A model generated the notes under the pieces. The model searched no databases. It saw only the letters and a list, made by a program, of their open reading frames with translations, and was not told where the DNA came from. A stretch of DNA of 63,804 bases, filler included, from Octopus bimaculoides (lineage: Eukaryota), in NCBI RefSeq assembly GCF_001194135.2. It is 5 parts of 5 records of this genome, joined end to end, with 100 filler letters (N's around TTAATTAATTAA, not from the genome) between each part and the next. Parts side by side here need not be neighbours in the genome. Positions count along the whole stretch, not along the records: positions 1 to 25,491 come from NC_068989.1; 4 more parts are not named here. One strand, written 5' to 3'. This document shows, piece after piece, positions 11,963-23,811 of this stretch (positions within the stretch are counted from its first letter, which is position 1; every line of letters starts with the position of its first letter). Position numbers and translations under genes: made by a program.

Positions 11963-12187
11963 AAATAAATGACTGACATTACAGGCACCCCTTCCCGAAC
12001 GGGACGCTGTTACGTCACAGGGTTAACTTCCCTGTTATCGCTGGAACTCGTTTACATCTGCGTGTACTGAAACATGACGTGAAGTATTTTACTCAAGGAT
12101 ACAACTCATCGCCTGGTCTGGGAATCGGAATCACGACCATACGATCCTGCGTGCAACACCTTAACCGCTAAGCTACACACGCCTTCA
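11963..12187 (-). mobile_element. SINE family D copy
   Basis: tRNA-like head TGAAGGCGTGTGTAGCTTAGCGGTTAAGG...GATTCCGATTCCC followed by a CCTTGAGTAAAATACTT CORE/V-like block. Confidence 0.7.
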
Positions 12188-12713
12188 TAATTATAAAAAG
12201 GCTAAGATTAAACATAACAAACAAAAAATATAAAGCCAAGAAAACTAAGCCATTCAGATTTAAGTGCTTTCGACGAAGATTCTTCCCATATAAGAAGATT
12301 CTAGCCTCGCATCATTTGATTCTGTCGGTATTTCAGCTGATCAACCAGCTGATCAATGCCCTATTGATCTGTCTGTAAAAGAAAGCCAATCAAAGACGCC
12401 TGTGTATGCCATATATGTCTGCCATAATTTCAATTATTTTTATGCCTATATTTAAGACAATTTCTGGCAACTATACAAAAAGCTATGTTAAAAATGTTCC
12501 TAATTTCCGAGAAAAGTCCGTATCGTTTCCCAAACGAGGTTTGTATTTTTCCGTAAAGGTGGAGTTTCATATCCGGAATTTTAATCTAAAGGAATTATTA
12601 CAGCAGTTTTAATGATTTTTTAACTGAATATTTCAGCAGCAGTTCATTGTTCATATTTCTCTGTATTGACCTGATAACCTGTCTTTCAGTTTGAATCAAC
12701 ATGTATTATACAT

Positions 12714-12715
<2 letters not shown>

Positions 12716-12774
<59 letters not shown>
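12716..12774. repeat. (TG)n microsatellite
   Basis: Perfect dinucleotide run. Confidence 0.95.
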
Positions 12775-12775
<1 letters not shown>

Positions 12776-12778
<3 letters not shown>

Positions 12779-13020
12779 ATCTTTTACTTGTTTCAGCCAT
12801 TAGATTGTAGTCATGCTGGGGCAGCCCTTGAAGGATTTTAGTCAAACTAATCAACCCCAATACTTATTTTCTTTTTAAGCCTGGTAACTTATTCTATCGG
12901 TTTATTTTGGCGAACTGCTAGGTTACAGGGACGCAAACACACCAACACTCGTTGTCAAGCGGCGGTAGGGGACAAACACGAACACAAACACAAACACACA
13001 AAGATATATAGATATATATC
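12776..13020 (-). mobile_element. SINE family B 3' half
   Basis: Degenerate match to the family-B tail and body. Confidence 0.8.
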
Positions 13021-13100
13021 ATCCTCACGCACATGCATATGCGTGTGTGTATATCTATCGAAAGGACAACAGTTGAGTGTGTTGTAACTATTGACGCATC

Positions 13101-14087
13101 TGTAAGAACGACCATGCGAACCAAAGGAGAAATGGTGACGAATGGAAAACAGGCTCCTTTTTAAGCGCGTCACACGGTCGACACAAAATATAAAGATGAT
13201 ATATATATATATGTTATAATTCTATAACATAGAGAACTAAGAAATGCCAGTAAGATAAAAGATAGGAACGCAACCGATAAAGATGTATAACAGTAAGATT
13301 TATTGGAGCATTAAACTGTATGTCTGTGTGTGAGTGAATGCGACATAATAAAACACAATGTAAGACAGGCCGTCATGTAAAACAAAGATAGTGTGTATAC
13401 AAATATATGTATGTGAATGCAAGAGATACAGAGTATAGATCAGAGTCAGTAACACGGATAAGGAAATATACCAGTTCTTAGTTAGGGTACACAGTAGTAT
13501 TGATAATCTGTATGTAAGAGGTTAAGGCGTTAATGCAGAGCGGTCACTCGTCGTGATGTTGGGGCTTCTATGCCGGGCCGGATTCTTGAATACAGATGTT
13601 CTTCGCAGGCTGAGTTCTGGCTGTTAATTCCGTGGTGAGGCTATTCACACTAATAGGGTTGAGAAGCTGCGGTGGCTGTTTGGTAGCTTGTGTACGTGTA
13701 GAAGTCATGTTGACGCTGGCGGCGATGCTGGTAGTCGTAGTTGAACGATGGTGTTGATGTCGTCGCTGGAAACTGGCTGGCTGGTTGGTGCTGTGTTACG
13801 CGTGTGGTCAAACGACCAGATCTGTGAGGATCTGAGCCGCGACGAATTGACGGGTATCTAGCAGGCTATTTATAGATACAGATAGGCTCCAGAGAGCATT
13901 AGAAAAACGCTCTATCACGTGACCTTATTAGGGGCTACGGTTGGTCTATTTGCGTCCTGGCGGCAAATGGAGTGGAGGCAAATGCCGCTCAAATAATAGT
14001 CAGTCAGGTGATGGACACAGCAATTTGCTTTCTGCTACGCTCGCGTTTGTTAATATTTATAACCGTGATAGAAGTAGCTTCACTACA
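13101..14087 (-). mobile_element. Solo LTR (probably Gypsy), copy 1
   Basis: TGTAAGAACGACC...GTAGCTTCACTACA termini; homologous to 18659-19683; minus-strand TATAAATAG (13866-13875) and AATAAA (13299-13304); flanks CATC/GATC (3/4). Confidence 0.8.
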
Positions 14088-14229
14088 GATCTAAAGAAGC
14101 TATATTGACCATCGTAGATGCATATATTTGTACCTTAAAGTAGTTTGTTACGCATTAAATATATAGACTCACAAAAGGTATGGTGATGCAAACAGGAAAA
14201 ACTAAAACCCAAAATATGAGTGTATGTAT

Positions 14230-14368
14230 ATTTTTATTAATATTTAGCAGAAGCAACAAAGTGACACAAAGGACGGAGAGTTTTGTGCGTTGGCACTTAT
14301 CAAGTGCCAAGACACGAAACTCTCAGCCTTCGAATCACTCTGTTGCTTCTACTAAATATCAATAAAAA
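14230..14368. repeat. 139-bp imperfect palindrome centred on a degenerate hammerhead core
   Basis: Arms of ~68 bp with inner stem TTGGCACTT-atc-AAGTGCCAA. Minus strand reads TTGATAA-GTGC caac GCAC-AAAA-Ctctcc-GTC; the plus arm retains CAC-GAAAC. Both arms end in AATAAA. Confidence 0.8.
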
Positions 14369-14647
14369 AAAGACACACAATATATGTCACATAGTGACAC
14401 ATACAAGAAAAAGAGATAGTTAATGTGCTTGTGTGTGTGTGTGAGAGAGAGGGGGGCGGGCCTTATTATAATTGTTTCGGGAGTCTTTTACAAAAAAAAA
14501 TAGCCGGATGATTACATTCAACAAAGGTTATAATATCTTGAAGATATTTGGGATCCAGTAATTTTGATAATAATCTACTGATAATAATCCTCCGTGACAA
14601 TAATTTGCAGCTTCCACTATGAGTGTGTAGGGGCTGCGTGTGTGTGT

Positions 14648-14873
14648 ACTCTTTTATTCTTTTACTTGTTTCAGTCATTTGACTGCGGCCATGCTGGAGC
14701 ACTGCCGTAAAAGGTTTTAGTCGAAGAAAACGACCCCAGGACTTATTCTCTGTATGCCTAGTACTTATTTTATCGGTCTATTTTGCCGAAAGTTATGTTG
14801 CGGGTACCTAAACACACCAGGATCGGTTGTCAAACGACGGTGGGGGAGGGGCAACAAACATAGACACACACAC

Positions 14874-14913
<40 letters not shown>

Positions 14914-15029
14914 AACGCAACGGGCTTCTTTCAGTTCCCGTCTACCAAATCCACTCACAAGGCTTTCGTCGGCCCTAGTCTCTCATATAAGACACTTGCC
15001 CAAGGTGCCATGCAGTGTGACTGAACCCG
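14648..15029 (-). mobile_element. SINE family B copy
   Basis: Tail, body, internal (TA)n and the CORE-like CACCTTGGGCAAGTGTCTT block; cut by the gap. Confidence 0.9.
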
Positions 15030-15284
15030 NNNNNNNNNNNNNNNNNNNNNNNNNNNNNNNNNNNNNNNNNNNNNNNNNNNNNNNNNNNNNNNNNNNNNNN
15101 NNNNNNNNNNNNNNNNNNNNNNNNNNNNNNNNNNNNNNNNNNNNNNNNNNNNNNNNNNNNNNNNNNNNNNNNNNNNNNNNNNNNNNNNNNNNGCCTGCAC
15201 CTGTGTATATAAAACTAAAATCCAAAATTTGCTTGCTCTTCAATATCATTCATAATTGAACATGACTTAATAGCAGAAATTAAA

Positions 15285-16622
15285 CAAAATTAAAAATGAT
15301 AAAATTATGAGATGGCGCATTGCGTTATCTCCATACTCATATGATATTCACTATCGCCCAGAATCCAGCAACATCGCTCCGGATACATTCACGAGGGTAC
15401 GCTGTCCAGCAATTACTTCACGTTCACTTTATGAGTTACATGCAGCACTGTGCCATCCTAGTGTAGTACGCCTTCATCATTTCGTCCGCAGTAAAATCTT
15501 CCATATTCGTTAGAGAACGTGAAACAAATATGTAGGAATTGCTCTATATGTCAAGAAGTGAAACCACAGTATTATAAACCAAACTCAGTTAACTTAATTA
15601 AGGCCATGCAGCCCTTCGAGCGAAGTTCCATCGATTTCAAAGGTCCGATTCCTTTCGCGAAACATCCTTATCTCCTAACAATAGTTGACGAATACTTTCG
15701 GTTTCCGTTTGGTTATCCAATATCTGACACATCAGCTTAGACTGTAATAAAGTGTCTAACAGACTTGTTCTCAGTTTTTGGTATGCCCAGTTATGTACAT
15801 TCAGATCATGAAACTGCCTTTAAGAATGGTTTCTCAGTAAGGGCATTGCAACGAGTAGGACGACACCATACAATCCCACTGGAAACAGTCAAGTAGAAAG
15901 ATATAATGGTATTATTTGGAAGTCAGTACTACTCTTTTTGAAAACCCGTGTCCTTCCAGTATCTTCATGGGAGACAGTTCTTCCAGACGCGTTGCATTCA
16001 ATCAGATCTCTACTTTGTACGTCCACTAACGTCACTCCTCATGAACGTCTTTTTAACTATCAAAAACGTTCAGCAACAGGAACATCTATGCCAACATGGC
16101 TTCTTAACCCAGGACCTGCGCTTGTTCAAAGGAACAATCGCACTAACAAGTATGACCCTATCGTGGACCAAGTTGGTTTAATCGAAGTCAACCCCCAATA
16201 CGCTCACGTCCGTTACCCAGACGGTCGCGAAACCACAGTATCCACAAAACAATTGGCATCACCAGAGAAGATTAATCCAACTGATAACCTAGCCCAAATA
16301 TTTGTCCCTCAAGAGCCAGACAGAGAGCCAACTGAAATTTCTCCTCCTCCTCCTCCTCCTAGCAATAACCGTCAAGAACAAAAAGAAGAATCCCCTTAGC
16401 TGCGTCGATCACAAAGGATTTGAAAAGCCCCGAAAAGGCTTCATCTATGATTTTTTCCTTCTTTTTCTAGGAGAGAGTGAGTGTTATGCAAATAACGTTG
16501 ATATAAAGAGCATGCGCATTTGACAGGAAGAGGAAGTGAGAGAACGGCCATTCGGAATAACGTACAGGACTATGACTAAAAATTAGTTTCTTTGAACCAG
16601 GATTTACTGGTTATACTTTACA
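15285..16622 (+). mobile_element. Gypsy LTR retrotransposon 3' fragment: RNase H end, integrase pseudogene, PPT and short putative 3' LTR
   Basis: KIKNDKIMRWRI..YDIHYRP (RNase H end); H..LCHP...C..C zinc finger; SIDFKGP, HSDH and QVERYNG catalytic motifs with stops and frameshifts. Purine tract AGGAGAGAGTGAG (16469-16481) precedes TGTTATG...TTTACA (16482-16622). Confidence 0.9.
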
Positions 16623-16689
16623 CTATCCTAAGAAAAGTTCAAGGAAACCAGCTGGGTCTGCCTCAAACAATGTCAGATTTTCCCTCAAT

Positions 16690-17165
16690 GTTACAAACCT
16701 AGTGCGCTTTTAATCAGGTAATCAGAAGACGTGGCAGCCACCGAGTAAAAACCTTCGTCATGCCAAATTCATTGTGCAGAATATTCTCAACCCTCTCACG
16801 AGAAATGCTAATAGTATTTACTATTTGATTTATAGTCAATCGCCTGTCATCCATCATCACGTGGTGAACACGATCAATGTTTTCCTCGGTGGTAGCATTT
16901 GCAGGACGTCCAAACCTTAGGTCATCTTCAAGATTCTCTCTTCCTTTCCAAAATTCAGCTGCCCACTTTTGCACCGTTGATAAAGCTGGAGCATCATCCC
17001 CTAATGTCGCAATCATGGCAGCATGAAGGTCCTTGGGGGCTAAACCATTTTTCTGAAGGTACATGACTATACCACGATGCCAAATGTTGTCAATTTTTAA
17101 GAGAAGTCGCTACTAGTTACTTTTGAAGTCTTCTTTGAACAGTCAGATATCGGTTTATCCAGAAA
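16690..17165 (-). mobile_element. Mariner transposase N-terminal fragment
   Basis: ORF 16714..17064: LGDDAPALSTVQKWAAEF..GRENLEDDLRFGRP..TRWLPRLL (WVPxxL-like motif). Confidence 0.9.
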
Positions 17166-17172
17166 CATGTAG

Positions 17173-17284
17173 TTATTAATAAAGAAGGTTAATAAGAAAC
17201 AATGTCGTTATTAATAAAGAAGGTTAATAAGAAACAATGTCGTTATTAATAAAGAAGGTTAATAAGAAACAATGTCGTTATTAA
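17173..17284. repeat. 35-bp minisatellite, three perfect copies plus a partial copy
   Basis: TTATTAATAAAGAAGGTTAATAAGAAACAATGTCG at 17173, 17208 and 17243. Confidence 0.95.
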
Positions 17285-18287
17285 GAAGGAGTGTTTAAAT
17301 TAATGCATACAAGAATTCTCAGCTTTAACATTGCTTCTTCATAGTCAGCCAATAAACTTTTTAGCTCGCCCTTGTACATCAAGGATGGGTGGAGGGTATG
17401 GAGGAGGTGGAATAGATGGATGGATTGAGAGGAAGAGAGGAGTGGATAGATGGATGGATTGAAACGGATTAGAAGTTCACTTTTTCGCTGTGGAAATATT
17501 TGTTTTTTAAATGTATTAATATGTTTTTATTTTAATAAGGTTTATAGCAATAATATTTTTTTTTATTGTATTGACTGAGAGATGATTTCAATGCATTACA
17601 ACGCTAACTTCCTAATCCGCTTCAACAAACGGAATGCTATATCTAAAAGATACTTTAAAAAAAAATAATCACATGCGATTGTAAGATAACTCAAAAAGTA
17701 ATGCAGCGAAAACAATATTAACTATTTACAAAGCAATGTATTCTTTAGCCATAAAGCTAAGTAAAAAGCATTCTCCATTGTTCTCAGAATAATAATCTCT
17801 CACCGTTACGCAAGCCAACTCTTCTTTTATGTTTTTCTAATTCTTTTTCGTTGAGAGACTGACACAAAACCGCGTATTTATTAGACAGATAGATTGATTT
17901 CGTTTCATTGTTTGAAATGCTTTGAAAGAAATTAAGCCAGCGTAAATTCGTTGCAGTATCATTTTTTACCAAAATTATCAATTATTCTTCTGTTGTGAAT
18001 TATATTGGTCGACCCTGTCCTGAACAAGCAAAGCAATACCAAACTAATAGATATTAATTCTTTTCTGTTTTTCTTTTTCAATACTTTTTGACATTTCGAT
18101 ATTGTTTTGGTTTATGACCATTAATTGGAAGTGGAAAATCATCGTAAGTAAACAACATTGACATTTCAAAAAAATTTTTTTAAATGAAATTTTGAAAAAA
18201 GATTTTTTTTTTTGTTTTTTTTTTTGGTTTTGTTTTCAGAAAGTATATATGGGCGCAGGCGTGGCTGTTTGGTAAGAAACTAACTTC

Positions 18288-18511
18288 TCAGCGAGCTGGC
18301 AGAAACGTTAGCAGACCGGGCGAAATGCTATGCGGTATTTCGTCTGTCTTTATGTTCTAAGTTCAATTTCCGCCAAAGTATACTTAGCCTTTCATCCTTT
18401 CGGGGTCGATAAATTAAGTACCAGTTGTGTACTGGGGTCGATGTAATCGACTTAATCCCTTTGTCCTTGTTTGTCCCCTCTATGTTTAGCCCCTTGTGAG
18501 CAATAAAGAAA
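18288..18511 (+). mobile_element. SINE family A (tail type 1) with 15-bp TSD
   Basis: TAAGAAACTAACTTC duplicated at 18273-18287 and 18512-18526. Confidence 0.9.
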
Positions 18512-18658
18512 TAAGAAACTAACTTCCCAGCCGCATTGATTCCGGCTTCAGTATCACTGTGTGACATCTTGGGCAAGTGTCTTCTATACCTCGGACCGGC
18601 CAAAGCCTTGTGAGTGGGTTTGGTAGACGGAAACTGAAAGAGGCCCGACATATATGTG

Positions 18659-19683
18659 TGTAAGGAACGACCGTGCGAACTCGAAAAGGAGAAATGGTGA
18701 CGAATGGAAAAACAGAGGACTCCTTTTATTTAAACGCGTCGCACGGCCGAACACACAATAATATATATCAGAGATGATATACATAATGTTATACGACGAT
18801 AACATAGATGACCAGTAATGAAAGACCACAACCGTATTAGATGAATAACAGAGATATTTATTATGGCGTCAAAGATGTATGTCTGTGTGAGAGTGTGAAT
18901 GCGACATATAAGAACATAATCAAAGACAGGCCGTCGTACAAATAAAAGTGTGTATGTGAGTGATACATGTGTGTGAGTTATTACAGCAGATAGAAAGAGT
19001 CAGTAACACGTGAGCAATTATACCAGTTCTTTAGTACACTATGAGAAAAGTTCTGTATGTGAAAGTGAGGAGGCTGAGTGTGGCAGAGCTGATCACTAGT
19101 TGTGATGTCGTGGCATCGATGCCGGGCCGTGATTCTTGTTATACAGATGTTCGTCGTTTGGCAGAGCTTATCACNNNNNNNNNNNNNNNNNNNNNNNNNN
19201 NNNNNNNNNNNNNNNNNNNNNNNNNNNNNNNNNNNNNNNNNNNNNNNNNNNNNNNNNNNNNNNNNNNNNNNNNNNNNNNNNNNNNNNNNNNNNNNNNNNN
19301 NNNNNNNNNNNNNNNNNNNNNNNNNNNNNNNNNNNNNNNNNNNNNNNNNNNNNNNNNNNNNNNNNNNNNNNNNNNNNNNNNNNNNNNNNNNNNNNNNNNN
19401 NNNNNNNNNNNNNNNNNNNNNNNNNNNNNNNNNNNNNNNNNNNNNNNNNNNNNNNNNNNNNNNNNNNNNNNNNNNNNNNNNNNNNNNNNNNNNNNNNNNN
19501 NNNNNNNNNNNNNNNNNNNNNNNNNNNNNNNNNNNNNNNNNNNNNNNNNNNNNNNNNNNNNNNNNNNNNNNTCACGTGATGACAAGGTTGATGTTTTCCG
19601 CTACGTCCGCGTTTGTTTATATTTAAATGAGAAGAATGGCGATAGCAGTTTTGTATCTAATGGCGGTAGGTAGTTTCACTACA
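18659..19683 (-). mobile_element. Solo LTR (probably Gypsy), copy 2
   Basis: TGTAAGGAACGACC...GTAGTTTCACTACA; perfect 4-bp TSD TGTG; homologous to 13101-14087; contains an N gap. Confidence 0.85.
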
Positions 19684-19693
19684 TGTGTATGCA

Positions 19694-19724
<31 letters not shown>

Positions 19725-21011
19725 ATTTGTCTGTATTTGTCCCCCACCACCGTTTGACAATCGGTGTAGGTGTGTTTACGTCCCCGTATAGTGGTTCGGC
19801 AAAAGACACCGATAGAATAAGTCCAGGTTTTAAAAGATAAGTACTAGGATCGATTCATTCGATTAAAAATTCTTCAAGGCGGTGCCCCAGCATGGCCACA
19901 CTCTAATGAGTGAAACAAGTAAAAGATAAAGGGTTAAAGAATTAAAAACTTTTTAGCACTATTAAAAATTTTCATTTATTTTTTTCCAAAATTATAATCT
20001 CCGTTGTTGAAAGCATGAATCCGAAAGAATTCTAGGGTATAAAAAAAAATGGAGAGTGGGGAGCTAGAGTCCTCGTCGAATGAATCTGCCTGAACATTGC
20101 CGAAGAGTGCCAAAGAATCAAACTTTCAATAATGATAATTTTCGTTCTTTTTCGCATTTTTATTTATATTAGTATTATTTATATTACTATTATTATTATA
20201 TTAGTATTAACCGGAGTATTCAGCAGTCACCCGATGTCGTGATTCGCCAGAATATTGCCCACGTGATCAACAAAATCTGACTAATCACGACTTCGCGTGG
20301 AATAAGCTTCAGCAACAATCTCAACTTTTGACGTACTCCTTTCTGTTTTATCGACCCCAAAAGGATGAAAGGCATGGTTTATTGACTTCAGCGGTATTTG
20401 AGCTCAGAACATAAAAAGCAGGAAAAATATCACGTGGTATTTTTTCCGACATTCTACTGATTCTACCAATCCATTTCTCTTACTAATATGCCAATCCAAT
20501 TTAGGGGAAATCACAATAGATACCGGTGTTATCATTTGTAAGAACGCATAGTGCAAAGAATGCGATTCCAAATAAATGCTGGAGCATTGTAGAAAGACAT
20601 ATTTGCTAGTAGCTGTTCATCAGCGAAAAACAAAGAAGCCTTATTAAAATTTCTGATGGAGAACTAGCAAGTCCTTCGATAATGAAAGATAGATGGACTG
20701 CTTATAGTCAAATAGACCATCTTGGTGGGTGATTCTTCACAGAGTTATGTGAGTGGATTTAGTAGAAGGAAACTGTCGAAGACTTTATTCGGATTGTGAA
20801 CGACATATTTGGTTTTCGTAGCTGACGAGGCGGATTTACGCAGATATGCAGGCACCCTACAATCCAACGGTGTCATTCACAGACTCCCACTATCAACAAC
20901 CCCCAACAAATGTGTTTTCACAAATGTCTAGGTAGAGAATTTTCTCCCGCGAAAATCTTTGAAGTGAAAGGTCTTATCATGTCTGAATACAGCCGAACGT
21001 GTTAAATATCT

Positions 21012-21054
<43 letters not shown>

Positions 21055-21064
21055 NNNNNNNNNN

Positions 21065-21101
<37 letters not shown>

Positions 21102-21785
21102 GCATTTTATAAGCTTAAAGCTTATAAGCGATCACCGCGCAATGACTAAAGAAAATAGTCTAATAATGGGCCATACCGAGAATAACCAGCCGAAATTGCA
21201 AAGATAATCTGGATCTCGACTGAAGAAAGGGAACTCCGAATGACCTGTCCTTGGTTTCTTTGTATCGTCTATCTGGATGTTTTGTTGTCCCTTTCTTGTA
21301 TCACCTAACTGTCTGGATGCTTTGCGTTCTTGTCCCATTTTGTATTACACACACACACATATATATATANNNNNNNNNNNNNNNNNNNNNNNNNNNNNNN
21401 NNNNNNNNNNNNNNNNNNNNNNNNNNNNNNNNNNNNNNNNNNNNNNNNNNNNNNNNNNNNNNNNNNNNNNNNNNNNNNNNNNNNNNNNNNNNNNNNNNNN
21501 NNNNNNNNNNNNNNNNNNNNNNNNNNNNNNNNNNNNNNNNNNNNNNNNNNNNNNNNNNNNNNNNNNNNNNNNNNNNNNNNNNNNNNNNNNNNNNNNNNNN
21601 NNNNNNNNNNNNNNNNNNNNNNNNNNNNNNNNNNNNNNNNNNNNNNNNNNNNNNNNNNNNNNNNNNNNNNNNNNNNNNNNNNNNNNNNNNNNNNNNNNNN
21701 NNNNNNNNNNNNNNNNNNNNNNNNNNNNNNNNNNNNNNNNNNNNNNNNNNNNNNNNNNNNNNNNNNNNNNNNNNNNNNNNNNNNA

Positions 21786-22912
21786 CCTCCATGTTATATT
21801 ATTAATTTGATCCAACTTATTCGATATTTGCCGAATTGTTTATTCTTTATTTTACAACCTTGACAATGACTAATGAAAAAAAAAATCGCAATTAGAGCCA
21901 TTTTACGTTACCTGTGGGAAAAGGACTGAGTGCAAGGGTAACGGCAAAGAAAATTAATAATGGGGAAGGCCCAGAAACTGTCAATGAACATGTGGCACAA
22001 AACTAGCCTAGACGTTTCTAGGAAGGTGATATCACCTTCGAAGACAGACCAAGGTCAGCGAGACCTTCTGTTGTGGAAAATGGAGCCTTGTTTAAAGTGG
22101 TTGAATAACAGCCAAGCACAAGCACTTGTACCTTGTCAATAGAACTTGGTTCTTCAGAAAACACTGTCGATCGACACCTCCATAAGTCCGGCCTTGTGGA
22201 CAAACGCTGTCGAAAAGCTACACACGACCAAACTCAACGACGTGTGAACATTTGCAAACAACTGCTGGCAAATTATCGAGATGCCCGTTTATGGTGTTGA
22301 ATTGTAACTGGGGATGAAAAACAGATCTATTTTCGATGTCCTAATTAAAGAAATGAATGGCTTCATTTCAACAAGTCTTCAAAGCCTGTTGTCAAACAAG
22401 GGCGGTTTGATCTGGAGGTTATGTTGTGCATTTGGTGGAATTTCCAGGGTGTGCTTCATTTTGATCTTGTCCCATGTGGTTATGTTGTGAACGCTAATCT
22501 TCATGCTCAACAACTGCAACGGGTTTATGATGCTTTGAAAGCCTGCTACCCAGCATTGGTCGATCAAAGATGCGCCTTCCTACAGCATGACAGTGCCTCT
22601 GCACGCACTGCCAATGTTATCAATTGCAAATCTGAGTCTTACAGCCCAGATTTTGTGCCATCAGATTACTACTTTCTTCGAGCCATGGCTCGAGGTGCAA
22701 CAATGTGGATGAGGTTGAAGAGGGTTGTAGGGAGTTTTTTTGTTTCTAAACCAGCCAAATGGTATAAGCATGGAATTGAGCTTCTGATACAACGATGGTA
22801 ACAGACAATAGAATATGATGGGATATAGTTTGATGAATAAACGCTTTTTTGAGTAATTTGTTTGAGATTTTAATTAAAGTTTGAAATAAGAAATTTTTTT
22901 TGACTCAACCTA
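21786..22912 (+). mobile_element. Near full-length degenerate mariner (Hsmar1/cecropia-like)
   Basis: Frameshifted transposase: ILRYLWEKGLSA.., VTGDEK, MLCIWWNFQGV, LQHDSA, YSPDFVPSDY (D,D34D motifs); right TIR ...TTTTGACTCAACCTA. Confidence 0.92.
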
Positions 22913-22947
<35 letters not shown>

Positions 22948-22987
22948 CGCGCGCGTACGTACGTACATACATACATACATACATACA

Positions 22988-23018
<31 letters not shown>

Positions 23019-23020
23019 GC
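22913..23020. repeat. Compound (TG)n-(CG)n-(TACG)-(TACA)n microsatellite
   Basis: Read directly from the sequence. Confidence 0.9.
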
Positions 23021-23119
23021 ATTGTAAGATCAGAGGACTCACACTCAATGGTAAGGACATAAACAATACATGTAGATAATAAAGCGTTATTGGCAGACAG
23101 TAATGAGAAATGTGAAAAG

Positions 23120-23460
23120 AAGCGAAGTGACAAGAAAGGCCTAAATATGAATGTAAATAAGATAAAGACAATTATCATTAAGACAGAAGAAAAGATAGCA
23201 GATATAAAGGTAGACGGATAAATGCTTGAACAAGTAAAAGAAACTTCAAGTATTTAAGACAAATAATAAATCAAAGGGGTTGTTGTATAACTCGAAGAAT
23301 AAATAAGGCTAAGATTGTAAAATGAAAAAAATCTCAAATGACATAACACTACACCTAAAACTGAGGCTAGTTACAGGTTATGTTATGCCAATTGTTCTCT
23401 ACGAGGAAGGAAGTTGGACGATGTCGACAGCAATGGAGAGGAAACTGGCATTCTGTCGAT
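23120..23460 (+). mobile_element. Decayed RTE-like LINE RT C-terminal fragment
   Basis: Broken translation VDG.MLEQV..FKYL...LKLRLV..YVMPIVLYEEGSWTMS, resembling LLYGCESWT. Confidence 0.6.
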
Positions 23461-23597
23461 AAGTGTTCCAGTTGATCCGATCAACGGTAAAGCTTGCTCG
23501 TGAAATTAACATGCAAGAGGCTGATCACTCCACAGGTACGCATACGCTTAATGTAGAGATTCAAAGAAATTCAGTGAGACACAGAATGGCCGTTTGG

Positions 23598-23749
23598 AAT
23601 ACAAGTAATACTCATTTTTGCCAGTTGAGTGGGCTGGAGCAACATGAAAGAAAATTTCTTGCTCAAGAACACAACGTGCCGCCGGGTATCGAACTCACGA
23701 TCTTATGATCATGAGCCGAATACCCTAACCACTTGGCCATACACCTTCA
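23598..23749 (-). mobile_element. SINE family D copy
   Basis: Head TGAAGGTGTATGGCCAAGTGGTTAGGGTATTCGGCTC...GAGTTCGATACCC; GTGTTCTTGAGCAAGA block. Confidence 0.8.
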
Positions 23750-23811
23750 CTGGAGAAGAATTTAGATACTTTTGAGATGCGAATCTTTCGCAGATCGGGC
23801 ACAGTAGGCTG

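Larger units (their letters stand above)
18250..19930 (+). mobile_element. SINE family B split by a SINE-A insertion and a solo LTR
   Basis: Head GGGCGCAGGCGTGGCTG (18251) resumes at 18512; body runs to 18658 and resumes at 19684, ending in the GAAACAAGTAAAAGATAAA tail. Confidence 0.85.

Noticed and set aside
17173-17284. Possible CRISPR-like array
   Set aside because: The 35-bp units are contiguous with no spacers, in a eukaryotic context; it is a minisatellite.
20600-20850. CTGATGA/CTGACGA hits at about 20618 (-) and 20822 (+); also 10393, 25450, 58439 and 59126
   Set aside because: No correctly placed stem II plus GAAA plus stem I pairing.
21215-21255. HHR-like CTGAAGA-a-GG gaact CC-GAAT
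   Set aside because: A15.1 is replaced and stems I and III are not convincing. It may be a decayed PLE pLTR end but is not supportable as a ribozyme.
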